Positions 9,638 through 19,295 of a stretch of 64,000 nt of DNA are shown in pieces (positions within the stretch are counted from its first letter, which is position 1; the number at the start of each line of letters is the position of its first letter). The notes under the pieces were generated by a model. The model had not been told where the DNA came from. It searched no databases and saw only the letters and a list, made by a program, of their open reading frames with translations. The translations under genes and the position numbers were made by a program. The DNA lies in the NCBI GenBank assembly GCA_902591925.1, contig CACJCN010000003.1, positions 145,825 through 209,824 of the forward strand. The letters run 5' to 3'. This DNA is from an uncultured SAR86 cluster bacterium. Its GTDB lineage: Bacteria > Pseudomonadota > Gammaproteobacteria > Magnimaribacterales > D2472.

Positions 9638-10897
9638 ATGAATAAGTTAAGAGTAGGAATATGCGGGTGGGGAAATGTTGCTACGGGCCTTTTTAAAACC
9701 CTGCAAACTAATTCAGTTGAAATTAAAAAAAGAAGTAATCTGGAAATTGAAATTATTGCAATTGGAGCAAGACGAGATAATCCTAAATGTGATCCAGGTA
9801 ATGTAATTATAGAAAGAGATATTTTTAAAATTATTGATCATGATATCGATGTTATTGTTGAGCTTATTGGTGGCGTTGATGTTGCTCGCGATCTAATTCT
9901 CAAAGCACTCAATGCTAAAAAACATGTAGTTACTGCTAACAAGGCGGTTATATTTAATCACGGAGATGAGCTTTTTAGTGTAGCAAACAAAAACGGCGTA
10001 AAGCTACTTTATGAGTCTTCTGTTTGTGCAGGCACACCTATAATTAAACTTCTTAATCAGGAGCTTGCTGCGAGTAAAATCTCTAAAATCTCAGGCATGT
10101 TAAATGGCACCTCTAATTTTATTTTATCCAATATGGAAAAGGGCATGGAATTTGAACCAACTTTAAAACTTGCTCAAGAAAAGGGATACGCTGAACCTGA
10201 CCCTTCATTTGATATTGAAGGTACAGATGCTGCGCACAAAATAGGTATATTGTCTTCACTAGCATTTGGAAGTTCCCTACCTCCAAAAGATTTTTATATT
10301 GAGGGTATTAATGGAATTCATAAAGATGACTTTAAGTATGCCTATGAAATGGGTTATACAATTAAACATCTAGCAATTGCAAAATCAACGAATAACTCAA
10401 TCGATTTAAGAGCTCACCCATCTCTTGTGAAGCTTGATTCATACCTTGCTAACTTAAAAGGAGTTAGGAATGGTATTGAAGTAGAAACTGACTTATTGGG
10501 TACTCTCCATATTGCAGGATCAGGAGCTGGACAGGAAGCCACTGCTTCTGGTGTTATTTCTGATTTAATTTATTTATCAGGTTCAAAAATGAGAGAAGTT
10601 AATAATATTAATGAGAGCATTGAGCTGATTGATTTTATTGATTTAGACTTTCAATATTATTTTTATATTGAAGCAAGTGATGTATCTGGTGTGATGGCTT
10701 CTATTTCAACTATTTTTGCAGATAAAGATGTCAGCATTGAGTCAATCAGTCAAAAAGAAAATCTTAACGATGACTTAGTGCCAATTATAATTATTACAGA
10801 TCCTTTTAAAGAAAAAGACTATCAAGAATTAGTTGATAATCTACTGGATTTGGATTCAGTAAATAAAATAAGGTCTATTAGGATCGAACCACAATAA
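9638..10897 (+). CDS. hom: Homoserine dehydrogenase
   Basis: 419 aa with an N-terminal NAD fold (VGICGWGNVATG), a catalytic region (GTSNFILS...AEPDPSFDIEG.DAAHK) and a C-terminal ACT-like domain. Confidence 0.93.
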   Translation: MNKLRVGICGWGNVATGLFKTLQTNSVEIKKRSNLEIEIIAIGARRDNPKCDPGNVIIERDIFKIIDHDIDVIVELIGGVDVARDLILKALNAKKHVVTANKAVIFNHGDELFSVANKNGVKLLYESSVCAGTPIIKLLNQELAASKISKISGMLNGTSNFILSNMEKGMEFEPTLKLAQEKGYAEPDPSFDIEGTDAAHKIGILSSLAFGSSLPPKDFYIEGINGIHKDDFKYAYEMGYTIKHLAIAKSTNNSIDLRAHPSLVKLDSYLANLKGVRNGIEVETDLLGTLHIAGSGAGQEATASGVISDLIYLSGSKMREVNNINESIELIDFIDLDFQYYFYIEASDVSGVMASISTIFADKDVSIESISQKENLNDDLVPIIIITDPFKEKDYQELVDNLLDLDSVNKIRSIRIEPQ

Positions 10898-10898
10898 A

Positions 10899-12284
10899 AT
10901 GTTATTTCATAGCACAAGGGGTAATGATAATAACAAGACCTTTGAAGAGGTTTTGATGCAAGGTCTAGCAGATGATGGCGGTCTATTTATGCCTGATTCT
11001 TGGCCTCAAGTGGACTTAGACCACTTAAAAAGTCTTAAATCTTTTATTGATGTAGCAAAATATATTGTGCCAATGTACACAGATTCATCATTTTCAAAAG
11101 ATGAAGTGCATGAGGTATTAGAAAACACTTGGCATGACTTTGAAGAAAAAGATTATTTAAAAATTGTTGATATAAATAAATCTCTGTCTGTGCTTGAGTT
11201 GTTTCATGGTCCTACCGCAGCATTTAAAGACTTTGGATTACAACTTGCTGCCGCGTTCTTTAATAAAACATTGGTAGATCAAAATAAAACTGCCATTGTT
11301 TTTGGTGCCACCTCTGGTGATACCGGATCAGCAGCGATTGATGCTTGCAAAGAATTTAGGGCCATTAAAAGCTTTATTCTTATACCAGATGGCAATATGT
11401 CAGAGATTCAAAGAAAACAAATGACTACTGTAGATAAATCAAATGTTTTTCCCATTCTTGCAAGCGGAACTTTTGATGATTGTCAGGATGTTGTAAAAAA
11501 GGGGTTTAAAGATAGATCTTTCCTTAAAGATAGTCAGTATCTGTTGGCAGTAAATTCAATAAATTGGGTGAGAATTATAGGTCAAATATGTTATTACTTT
11601 TATGCTGCATTAAAAGCAAATGAATTTTCAAAACCATTAAATTTTTCAGTTCCAACAGGCAACTTTGGAAATGTGTTTGCATGCTACGCAGCTTCAAAAA
11701 TGGGAATGCCACTGTCAAAAATAATCGTTGCAGTTAATAGCAATGATATTTTACATAGGTTCTTTAAAGATAATGATTATTCTAAAAACAAGGTAAGTGA
11801 AACAATTTCACCAAGCATGGATATTAGCGTTGCAAGCAATTTTGAAAGATTAATTTATGATTTATACCTTGATAGGGATTCAGACAAGTGCTCAAATTTA
11901 TATTCTAAATTTCCTACAGAAAGCATCAGGTTAGATGAAGACATTTGGAAAAAGTCAGCAAGTCTTTTCTTGAGCTATAGCATTGATGATAACTCAACAT
12001 TCAAATGCATGAAAACATACTTCGAAAATTCAGGCTACATAATGGATCCTCATACAGCTGTAGCTGCTGATGCGGTAACTAAGCTTAATGATAGATTAGA
12101 AAATAATACAATTATCTTGGCAACAGCTCATCCAGCTAAATTTCCAAATGCTCTCGAAAAAGCTGGTATTAATTTAACAAATGTACCTAAAAATTTGCAA
12201 AAGGTTCTAAATAAGAAAGAAATTTCATTTAAATTAAGCCCATTTGATAATTCAATTTTTGAATTTATAAAAGATAATAATTAA
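10899..12284 (+). CDS. thrC: Threonine synthase
   Basis: 461 aa starting MLFHSTRG, with the PLP-lysine motif GPTAAFKDFG. Confidence 0.93.
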   Translation: MLFHSTRGNDNNKTFEEVLMQGLADDGGLFMPDSWPQVDLDHLKSLKSFIDVAKYIVPMYTDSSFSKDEVHEVLENTWHDFEEKDYLKIVDINKSLSVLELFHGPTAAFKDFGLQLAAAFFNKTLVDQNKTAIVFGATSGDTGSAAIDACKEFRAIKSFILIPDGNMSEIQRKQMTTVDKSNVFPILASGTFDDCQDVVKKGFKDRSFLKDSQYLLAVNSINWVRIIGQICYYFYAALKANEFSKPLNFSVPTGNFGNVFACYAASKMGMPLSKIIVAVNSNDILHRFFKDNDYSKNKVSETISPSMDISVASNFERLIYDLYLDRDSDKCSNLYSKFPTESIRLDEDIWKKSASLFLSYSIDDNSTFKCMKTYFENSGYIMDPHTAVAADAVTKLNDRLENNTIILATAHPAKFPNALEKAGINLTNVPKNLQKVLNKKEISFKLSPFDNSIFEFIKDNN

Positions 12285-12286
12285 TT

Positions 12287-13384
12287 ATGGACTTTCAAGA
12301 GTTAAAACTTTCTTTGTCCGAAATGGAAGCAAGATTGCAAGATATTAAAGACAATATTCTTCTTATCGACAATAAAAAAACAAGATTAAATGAAATCGAT
12401 AGCGAACTATCGAAAGAAGAGGTATGGTCTGATTTAGAACTTTCACAAAAACTCAGCAAAGAAAAAACAACATTAGAAAAAAGTATAAAATCATTTGATG
12501 ACGTATCTAGAAAACTCTCTGATTCAGTTGTTCTGCTCGAAGTATCTATTGAAGAAAATGATGATAGCTCAATAGAAGATATTTTAAATGAAAGAAATGA
12601 AATTATGTCCGCACTTGAAGAGCTTGAATTTAGCAAAATGTTTGGCAATAAAATGGATCCATCGTCTGCATTTGTGGAAATTCAATCAGGTTCAGGAGGA
12701 ACTGAAGCACAAGATTGGGCTGAAATGCTTTTAAGAATGTATACCAAGTGGGCGGAAAGTAGGGGTTTTGCTACTGATTTGGTTGAAATATCTCATGGTG
12801 ATGTTGCTGGCATAAAGTCAGCCTCACTCTATGTTGATGGTGACCATGCATATGGATGGCTGAGAACTGAAACTGGAATACATAGACTGGTAAGGAAATC
12901 TCCATTTGATTCAGGAAATAGAAGACATACTTCATTTGCCTCAGTATTTATATCACCTGAAATAGACGATTCCATTGAGATCAACATAAACAAAGCAGAT
13001 TTAAGAGTAGATACCTATAGAGCATCAGGAGCTGGTGGACAACATGTAAACAAAACAGACTCAGCTGTAAGATTAACCCATGTTCCAACTGGACTGGTTG
13101 CTCAATCACAAAGTGATAGATCTCAACATAAAAATAAAGAAAATGCATTAAAACAATTAAAATCTAAGCTTTACGAGTTAGAATTACAAAAGCAAAATGA
13201 AGAACAGCAAATTCTTGAAGACAGTAAGTCAGATATAGGATGGGGTAGTCAAATTAGATCATATGTACTGGATCAGTCAAGAATCAAGGATTTGAGAACA
13301 AATTATGAAACAGGAAATACAACAGCGGTTTTAAATGGTGATTTAGATGATTTTATGAAATCATCCCTAAAAGCAGGCATATAA
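12287..13384 (+). CDS. prfB: Peptide chain release factor 2, encoded as one uninterrupted ORF
   Basis: SPF tripeptide (RKSPFDS) and GGQ (GAGGQHVNKTDSAVR). 365 aa with no in-frame stop around codon 25. Confidence 0.95.
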   Translation: MDFQELKLSLSEMEARLQDIKDNILLIDNKKTRLNEIDSELSKEEVWSDLELSQKLSKEKTTLEKSIKSFDDVSRKLSDSVVLLEVSIEENDDSSIEDILNERNEIMSALEELEFSKMFGNKMDPSSAFVEIQSGSGGTEAQDWAEMLLRMYTKWAESRGFATDLVEISHGDVAGIKSASLYVDGDHAYGWLRTETGIHRLVRKSPFDSGNRRHTSFASVFISPEIDDSIEININKADLRVDTYRASGAGGQHVNKTDSAVRLTHVPTGLVAQSQSDRSQHKNKENALKQLKSKLYELELQKQNEEQQILEDSKSDIGWGSQIRSYVLDQSRIKDLRTNYETGNTTAVLNGDLDDFMKSSLKAGI

Positions 13385-14875
13385 ATGGATAAAGAAAATA
13401 TAAGTGGCGAAAAAGCCCTCATTGAAGAGAGACGTAAAAAGTTAGATCAACTTCGAGATAGAGGAGATGCATACGGCAATTCATTTAAACCAAAAAATAA
13501 TGCATTAAGTCTTCATGAAGAATATGGTGACGTCTCAAAAGACGATCTAGCAGAAAAGAATATCAAAGATATTTCTGTGGCTGGTCGAATTGTCTTAAAA
13601 AGAGTTATGGGTAATGCTAGTTTCGCAACTTTACGAGATGCATCTGGCGATATTCAAATCTATGTAACAAAAAATAATGTTGATGAGAGTGTTTATGAAG
13701 ATTTTAAAACATGGGATCTTGGAGATATTGTTGGCGTATCAGGCTCTCTGTTTCGTACTAAAACAAATGAGTTAACCATAGATGTATGGGATTTAGAGAT
13801 GATAACTAAATCATTAAGACCAATGCCCGAAAAATTTAAGGGTTTAACAGATATAGAAGCAAGGTATAGACAAAGATACCTAGACTTAATGACAAATAAT
13901 GATACAAAGAAAGTTTTCATTAAAAGAACAAAAATAATTGATTCTCTAAGAAAGAAAATGAACGAATCTGGCTATTTAGAAGTTGAGACACCAATGATGC
14001 ATCCTTTAGCTGGTGGTGCAGTAGCACGCCCATTTGTAACTCAACATAATGCCCTCGGACAAGATCTTTATTTAAGGATTGCGCCAGAACTATATTTAAA
14101 AAGATTATTAGTTGGAGGTTTTGAACGCGTTTTTGAAATTAATAGAAGTTTTAGAAATGAAGGCTTATCTACTAAACATAATCCAGAATTTACCATGATG
14201 GAGTGGTATCAAGCTTATGCAAGCATGCAAGATCAAATGGATCTAACAAAAGATATTATTTTAAATGCTTCTAAAGCAGCTGATTGTGAATCGAAAATTA
14301 AATGGGGAGATATTGAGGTTGATCTAAATAATTTTAAACAATCAACTCTTTCAGATTTAGTTTTAGAGTTTAATAAAGAATTAGGTAAAGATGATTTAAG
14401 TGATAAGAAAAAACTTCAAAATTTTCTAACCAGCAATAAAGTAAAAGTTGAGAAAAGTTGGGGTATTGGCAGAATTCTTCTAGAGGTATTTGAAGCAACT
14501 GTAGAAGGTAAACTAATCGATCCAACATTTGTTACAGAATATCCTGTTGAAGTTTCGCCATTATCAAGACGAAATGAAGAAAATCCAGATTATGCCGATC
14601 GATTTGAATTATTTATTGGTGGAAAAGAGTTTGCTAATGGTTTTTGTGAACTTAATGATCCTGATGATCAAGCTACTAGATTTGAAGAACAAGTGGCTGC
14701 AAAAGACTCTGGAGATAAAGAAGCTATGGACTATGATCAAGACTATATTACGGCACTTGAACACGGCATGCCGCCAGCAGTAGGAGTCGGAATGGGTGTA
14801 GATAGGCTAGTAATGTTATTGACTAATCAGTCTTCTATTAGAGATGTGTTGTTATTTCCCCAATTGAAATCTTAG
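13385..14875 (+). CDS. lysS: Lysine--tRNA ligase (class II)
   Basis: 496 aa with an OB-fold N-terminus and class II motifs (FRNEG..., GMGVDRLVMLL). prfB-lysS adjacency as in E. coli. Confidence 0.96.
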   Translation: MDKENISGEKALIEERRKKLDQLRDRGDAYGNSFKPKNNALSLHEEYGDVSKDDLAEKNIKDISVAGRIVLKRVMGNASFATLRDASGDIQIYVTKNNVDESVYEDFKTWDLGDIVGVSGSLFRTKTNELTIDVWDLEMITKSLRPMPEKFKGLTDIEARYRQRYLDLMTNNDTKKVFIKRTKIIDSLRKKMNESGYLEVETPMMHPLAGGAVARPFVTQHNALGQDLYLRIAPELYLKRLLVGGFERVFEINRSFRNEGLSTKHNPEFTMMEWYQAYASMQDQMDLTKDIILNASKAADCESKIKWGDIEVDLNNFKQSTLSDLVLEFNKELGKDDLSDKKKLQNFLTSNKVKVEKSWGIGRILLEVFEATVEGKLIDPTFVTEYPVEVSPLSRRNEENPDYADRFELFIGGKEFANGFCELNDPDDQATRFEEQVAAKDSGDKEAMDYDQDYITALEHGMPPAVGVGMGVDRLVMLLTNQSSIRDVLLFPQLKS

Positions 14876-14885
14876 TTTAAATTTA

Positions 14886-15347
14886 TCACCATCTAAACTT
14901 ATCAAAATTTTCAGGATTAGCCCAACCCTTTGGGTTGTTCCAGGTTCTTTTGTTGTTATAAGTTTTTAAATTATATGAGAAACATTTTAATTTATTATTT
15001 TTATCAATTAATTCTGTTTGAAAGCCAAGTTTAAGCATAACTTCATTTGTTTCTTGATCATTTTCAAAGCTGGTAAAAATTGCAACTTTATGACTTAAAA
15101 GATTTTTTATTGTTCCAATATTCGATTCAGACGCATGTATATCATCCAAGATAATAAACAAATCAAAGTTTTCATCTGATAATTTTTCAATATTGGGACC
15201 AATAGATAATCCATTAACACTTAATTTTTCTATTCTTTTAATAAGCTTAGACACATCTTGTGATGTCAGTATGAAAATATTTTTTGGATTTTCATCTTCA
15301 ATAATATTTGTAATATAACTATGAAGAATTTTTTCTTTTTTTGTCAT
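14886..15347 (-). CDS. Conserved hypothetical protein, translationally coupled to mdh
   Basis: 153-aa ORF whose ATG overlaps the mdh stop (ATGA). C-terminal Trp-rich tail NPKGWANPENFDKFRW. No family assigned. Confidence 0.6.
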   Translation of the reverse strand: MTKKEKILHSYITNIIEDENPKNIFILTSQDVSKLIKRIEKLSVNGLSIGPNIEKLSDENFDLFIILDDIHASESNIGTIKNLLSHKVAIFTSFENDQETNEVMLKLGFQTELIDKNNKLKCFSYNLKTYNNKRTWNNPKGWANPENFDKFRW

Positions 15348-16342
15348 TTTAAGAGATGTTTTACGGCTTCTCTTTCTGATAAAAGTTCATCTATAGATAT
15401 CTTAAATTTAGATTTTGCAAACTCAGATAATGAGATGTCTCTTTTAATTTCTATTGATCCATCATCCAAAGTAATTAAGGGATAACCACAGATAATGCCC
15501 TCAGGAACATCATATGCGCCATCACTTGCAATTGCTGCACTAAAACAATCACCTGAATCAGTTGGGTTTTCGCAAGCAATAACAGTATCTATTGCTGCTT
15601 TTGCTGCAGATGTCGCAGAAGATGCGCCTCTGGCATCTATAACCGCTTTTCCTCTTTGTTGCACTGTGGGAATGAATTCAGATTCTATCCAATTCATATC
15701 ATTTATTACTTCGCTACCTAGCTTTTCAGAGATTAGTGCATTTTCTGAGTCAGGATACATAGTTGGACTATGATTTCCCCAAATAATCATATTTTTAACA
15801 TTAGAAACATTATTGTTTGTTTTTTTCGCAAGAATAGACTTAGCTCTATTAGAATCTAGCATTGTCATTGCCATCCAAAGTTGATTATCATTGTTAGCAG
15901 CATCTTTTCCAATGAAAGCATTCGTATTTGCAGGATTACCAACAACTAAGATCTTAGCATCATCTTTTCCATATTTTCCAATTGCTTCACCTTGTTGAAC
16001 AAAAATACCGCCATTAATACTTAAAAGATCTGATCTTTCTTCAATCTTCTTTCCTTTATAGACAATACCTCTAGGTATACTTCCAACTAGCAAGAACCAG
16101 TCAGCATCTTTTGATGCTTCTTCAAAGTTATCGGTATATGTAACTTTACCCATTTTTGGAAAATAAGAATCTTCAAGCTCCATGACCAAACCCTTTAACT
16201 TATCAACAACTTGAGGAATTTCAACTAATGCAAGATCAACGATTTTATCTCCAAATGTATTTCCATCGACTAATCTTGGTATTAAAGAATAGGCAATTTG
16301 TCCTGCAGCTCCAGTAACAACAACTTTTATAGATTTACTCAT
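15344..16342 (-). CDS. mdh: Malate dehydrogenase (NAD, LDH-like type 2)
   Basis: 332 aa with KVVVTGAAGQIAYSL and NPANTNA motifs. Confidence 0.93.
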   Translation of the reverse strand: MSKSIKVVVTGAAGQIAYSLIPRLVDGNTFGDKIVDLALVEIPQVVDKLKGLVMELEDSYFPKMGKVTYTDNFEEASKDADWFLLVGSIPRGIVYKGKKIEERSDLLSINGGIFVQQGEAIGKYGKDDAKILVVGNPANTNAFIGKDAANNDNQLWMAMTMLDSNRAKSILAKKTNNNVSNVKNMIIWGNHSPTMYPDSENALISEKLGSEVINDMNWIESEFIPTVQQRGKAVIDARGASSATSAAKAAIDTVIACENPTDSGDCFSAAIASDGAYDVPEGIICGYPLITLDDGSIEIKRDISLSEFAKSKFKISIDELLSEREAVKHLLK

Positions 16343-16489
16343 TAAAAACCCTTTTAAAAAACTGATGATACATTATATTCTTAAATTGAATTGGAATCCT
16401 TAGTTTTATATCGTAGTAAATGAGATTTTTTTTGATTAAAATATCTCCAATTCGATTTCAAATTTACTTTATTATTTTGGAGAAAGAAC

Positions 16490-17389
16490 ATGTCAATTAG
16501 ATTTGATGATAGGGTAGCAATTGTTACAGGTGCTGGTGGCGGTATAGGTAAAGAACATGCACTTGAGTTAGCAAGACGAGGAGCAAAAGTTGTTGTAAAT
16601 GATCTTGGTGGAAGTGTTGATGGTAGTGGTGCCAGTGATGCGGCAAATGAGGTCGTAGATATTATTAAATCTGAAGGTGGCGAAGCTATTGCAAATGGTG
16701 CTAGTGTCACCGATCTGGATGCAGTAAAAGAAATGACTAATCAAACCATGGAAAAGTGGGGAAGAATAGATATTTTGATAAATAATGCTGGAATTCTTAG
16801 AGATAAAAGTTTTCATAAAGTAACTCTTGAAGATTTTAATTTGGTAATGGATGTTCATTTTCAAGGAAGCTTAAATTGCACACATACAATTTTTCCTATT
16901 ATGAGAGAACAAGAGTATGGCCGCATTGTTTTTACAAGCTCCTCGAGCGGTGTTTTTGGTAACTTTGGCCAAACTAACTACGGCTCTGCAAAGATGGCAA
17001 TGGTCGGCCTTATGAATACACTAAAAATTGAAGGTCAAAGTAAAAATGTTTTTACAAATTCTATTACACCTGTTGCTTATACAAGAATGACTGAAGGTTT
17101 AATTCCAGAAGACTTTGGCAAAAATCTTCAACCAGAATTTGTTACACCTGCAGTAATCTATTTATCAAGTGAAAATGCACCTAATGGAGTCATTATGGCT
17201 GCTGGTGCAGGAGTTTTCTCTAGAATATTTATTCATGAAACTATGGGAGTATCTTTGGGTATGGGTGAAGATATGACGCCTGAAAACATCGAAGCTAATT
17301 GGGATAAAATTTCTGATATGACAGATGCACGCGCTCTTCAAAATGGAGGAGAACAAACTCTTAAATTTTTTGAATTAATCAATAAATAG
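16490..17389 (+). CDS. Short-chain dehydrogenase/reductase, MFE-2 / 3-hydroxyacyl-CoA dehydrogenase-like
   Basis: VAIVTGAGGGIGK, NNAGI and YGSAK (YxxxK) motifs. Confidence 0.85.
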   Translation: MSIRFDDRVAIVTGAGGGIGKEHALELARRGAKVVVNDLGGSVDGSGASDAANEVVDIIKSEGGEAIANGASVTDLDAVKEMTNQTMEKWGRIDILINNAGILRDKSFHKVTLEDFNLVMDVHFQGSLNCTHTIFPIMREQEYGRIVFTSSSSGVFGNFGQTNYGSAKMAMVGLMNTLKIEGQSKNVFTNSITPVAYTRMTEGLIPEDFGKNLQPEFVTPAVIYLSSENAPNGVIMAAGAGVFSRIFIHETMGVSLGMGEDMTPENIEANWDKISDMTDARALQNGGEQTLKFFELINK

Positions 17390-17394
17390 CTTTA

Positions 17395-18003
17395 TCAAGC
17401 AAAGCTTGGTCTTTTTGCAATATTATTTATGTAATTAGACAAATTTTTATAATCATTTATATCTATCTTGTTAAGACGCACAAGAAACTGAAGTGATGTT
17501 ACAGCTTGGATGTCGGCATATGAAAACTTATTGCAGGCTATATATTCTTTATCCGCCATTACTTCATTGTAATATTTTAGTGATTTAATCGCTAATTCTC
17601 TTTGAGCCAATCCAAATTCATTATTTTGATTTTCAAGTGCACTCATATGTGGATGAGTATGTCTAAATCCATGCATCAAAGGCATCATTAATTCAAAAGA
17701 GATTCTAGAATACCACATTTCAATTTGTGCGATCTCATCTGCATTATCTCCAAACAAGTTTGGTTCAGGATGAAAACACTCTAAATATCTACAGATCGCA
17801 GTTGTTTCAAGTATTACTTCACCATTATCCAAAACGAGTGCAGGTATACGAGAATTCGGAGCAATTTTTTTATATTCTGGTGTTTTGTGCTCTAGCTTCC
17901 CTATATCAAGGTTCTTAACTTCTATATCTGTAATACTTTTTTCAGCAATGAAAATAAGAACCTTTCTTGGGCTAGGAGCAACTGGACTTGAATAAAGCTT
18001 CAA
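17395..18003 (-). CDS. Glutathione S-transferase family protein
   Basis: 202 aa with a thioredoxin-fold N-terminus (MKLYSSPVAPSPRKV...IPALVL) and a helical C-domain. TTG start 3 nt after the nrdB stop. Confidence 0.82.
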   Translation of the reverse strand: MKLYSSPVAPSPRKVLIFIAEKSITDIEVKNLDIGKLEHKTPEYKKIAPNSRIPALVLDNGEVILETTAICRYLECFHPEPNLFGDNADEIAQIEMWYSRISFELMMPLMHGFRHTHPHMSALENQNNEFGLAQRELAIKSLKYYNEVMADKEYIACNKFSYADIQAVTSLQFLVRLNKIDINDYKNLSNYINNIAKRPSFA

Positions 18004-18006
18004 GTT

Positions 18007-19278
18007 TTATTCCCAGTTTAACGCACCACCAACTTGATATTCAGTAACTCTTGTTTCAAAAAAATTTTTCTCTTTCCTTAAATCAATAATTTCTGACATC
18101 CATGGGAATGGATTTGATACTCCAGTAAACTCTTCATCTAAACCAAGCTGTGTGAGTCTTCTATTTGCAATAAATTTTAGATACTCTTCCATCATAGATG
18201 CATTCATTCCTAATACACCTCTTGGCATAGTATCTCTTGCGTATTGAATCTCTAACTCAGTTCCTTCAAGAATCATCTGCGCCGCATCTGCTTTCATCTG
18301 ATCGTCCCATAAATGAGGATTTTCTATTTTGATTTGATTAATTACATCGATACCAAAATTTACATGCATAGATTCGTCTCTTAAGATATATTGAAACTGT
18401 TCTGCTGTTCCTGTCATTTTATTTCTTCTTCCCATGGAGAGAATCTGTGTGAAACCACAATAAAAGAAAATGCCTTCTAAAACACAATAAAATGCTATGA
18501 GATTTTTTAGTAGTTGCTTATCTGTTTCGACAGTGCCTGTTTTAAAGTCTGGATCAGAAATTTCTTGAGTATACTTTAGGCCCCATGATGCTTTTCTTGC
18601 AACGCATGGAACTTCTCTGTACATGTTAAATATTTCTCCTTCATCCATTCCTAGAGATTCAATACAATACTGATATGCATGAGTATGAATTGCTTCTTCA
18701 AGGCTTTGTCTTAGAATATATTGTCTGCATTCAGGATTTGTAATTAACCTATATAATGCAAGCACAAGATTATTTGCAACCAGAGAATCTGCTGTCGAGA
18801 AGAAGCCTAAATTTCTTTTTACAATTACTCTTTCATCTTCTGTTAATCCGTCTTCAGACTTCCATAAGACAATATCATTTGTCATATTTATCTCTTGTGG
18901 CATCCAGTGGTTGGCACTTCCATCAAGATATTTCTGCCACGCCCAATCGTACTTAAAAGGCACCAATTGATTTAGGTCAGCTTTACAATTGATCATCATT
19001 TTTTGATCAACTTGCACTCGACCTGCGTTAGCCATCATTTCATCAAGTTCCTCGTTGCCAGCTGTTTCATCTAGATTATTTACAGCTTTACGCGCTGCTT
19101 CTGCTCTAGATCCTTCACCAATATTACTTGGTTCCGTAGATACTGCAGACACAGCTGGCTGAGGAGCTTCAGGCTTTTCAACTGAAGCAGTAGGTGTTAT
19201 TACTTCTGCTTCAGTTTTTGGCTCTGAAGTGACTGGTATTGTTGTTTCTTCTTTTCCGTATTCGTCCCAATTTAGCAT
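18007..19278 (-). CDS. nrdB: Ribonucleotide reductase class Ia beta subunit
   Basis: 423 aa, Pseudomonas-type long N-terminus, diiron motifs ([15 protein letters not shown]). Confidence 0.95.
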   Translation of the reverse strand: MLNWDEYGKEETTIPVTSEPKTEAEVITPTASVEKPEAPQPAVSAVSTEPSNIGEGSRAEAARKAVNNLDETAGNEELDEMMANAGRVQVDQKMMINCKADLNQLVPFKYDWAWQKYLDGSANHWMPQEINMTNDIVLWKSEDGLTEDERVIVKRNLGFFSTADSLVANNLVLALYRLITNPECRQYILRQSLEEAIHTHAYQYCIESLGMDEGEIFNMYREVPCVARKASWGLKYTQEISDPDFKTGTVETDKQLLKNLIAFYCVLEGIFFYCGFTQILSMGRRNKMTGTAEQFQYILRDESMHVNFGIDVINQIKIENPHLWDDQMKADAAQMILEGTELEIQYARDTMPRGVLGMNASMMEEYLKFIANRRLTQLGLDEEFTGVSNPFPWMSEIIDLRKEKNFFETRVTEYQVGGALNWE

Positions 19279-19295
19279 TTTTTTCTCCTAAGAAT

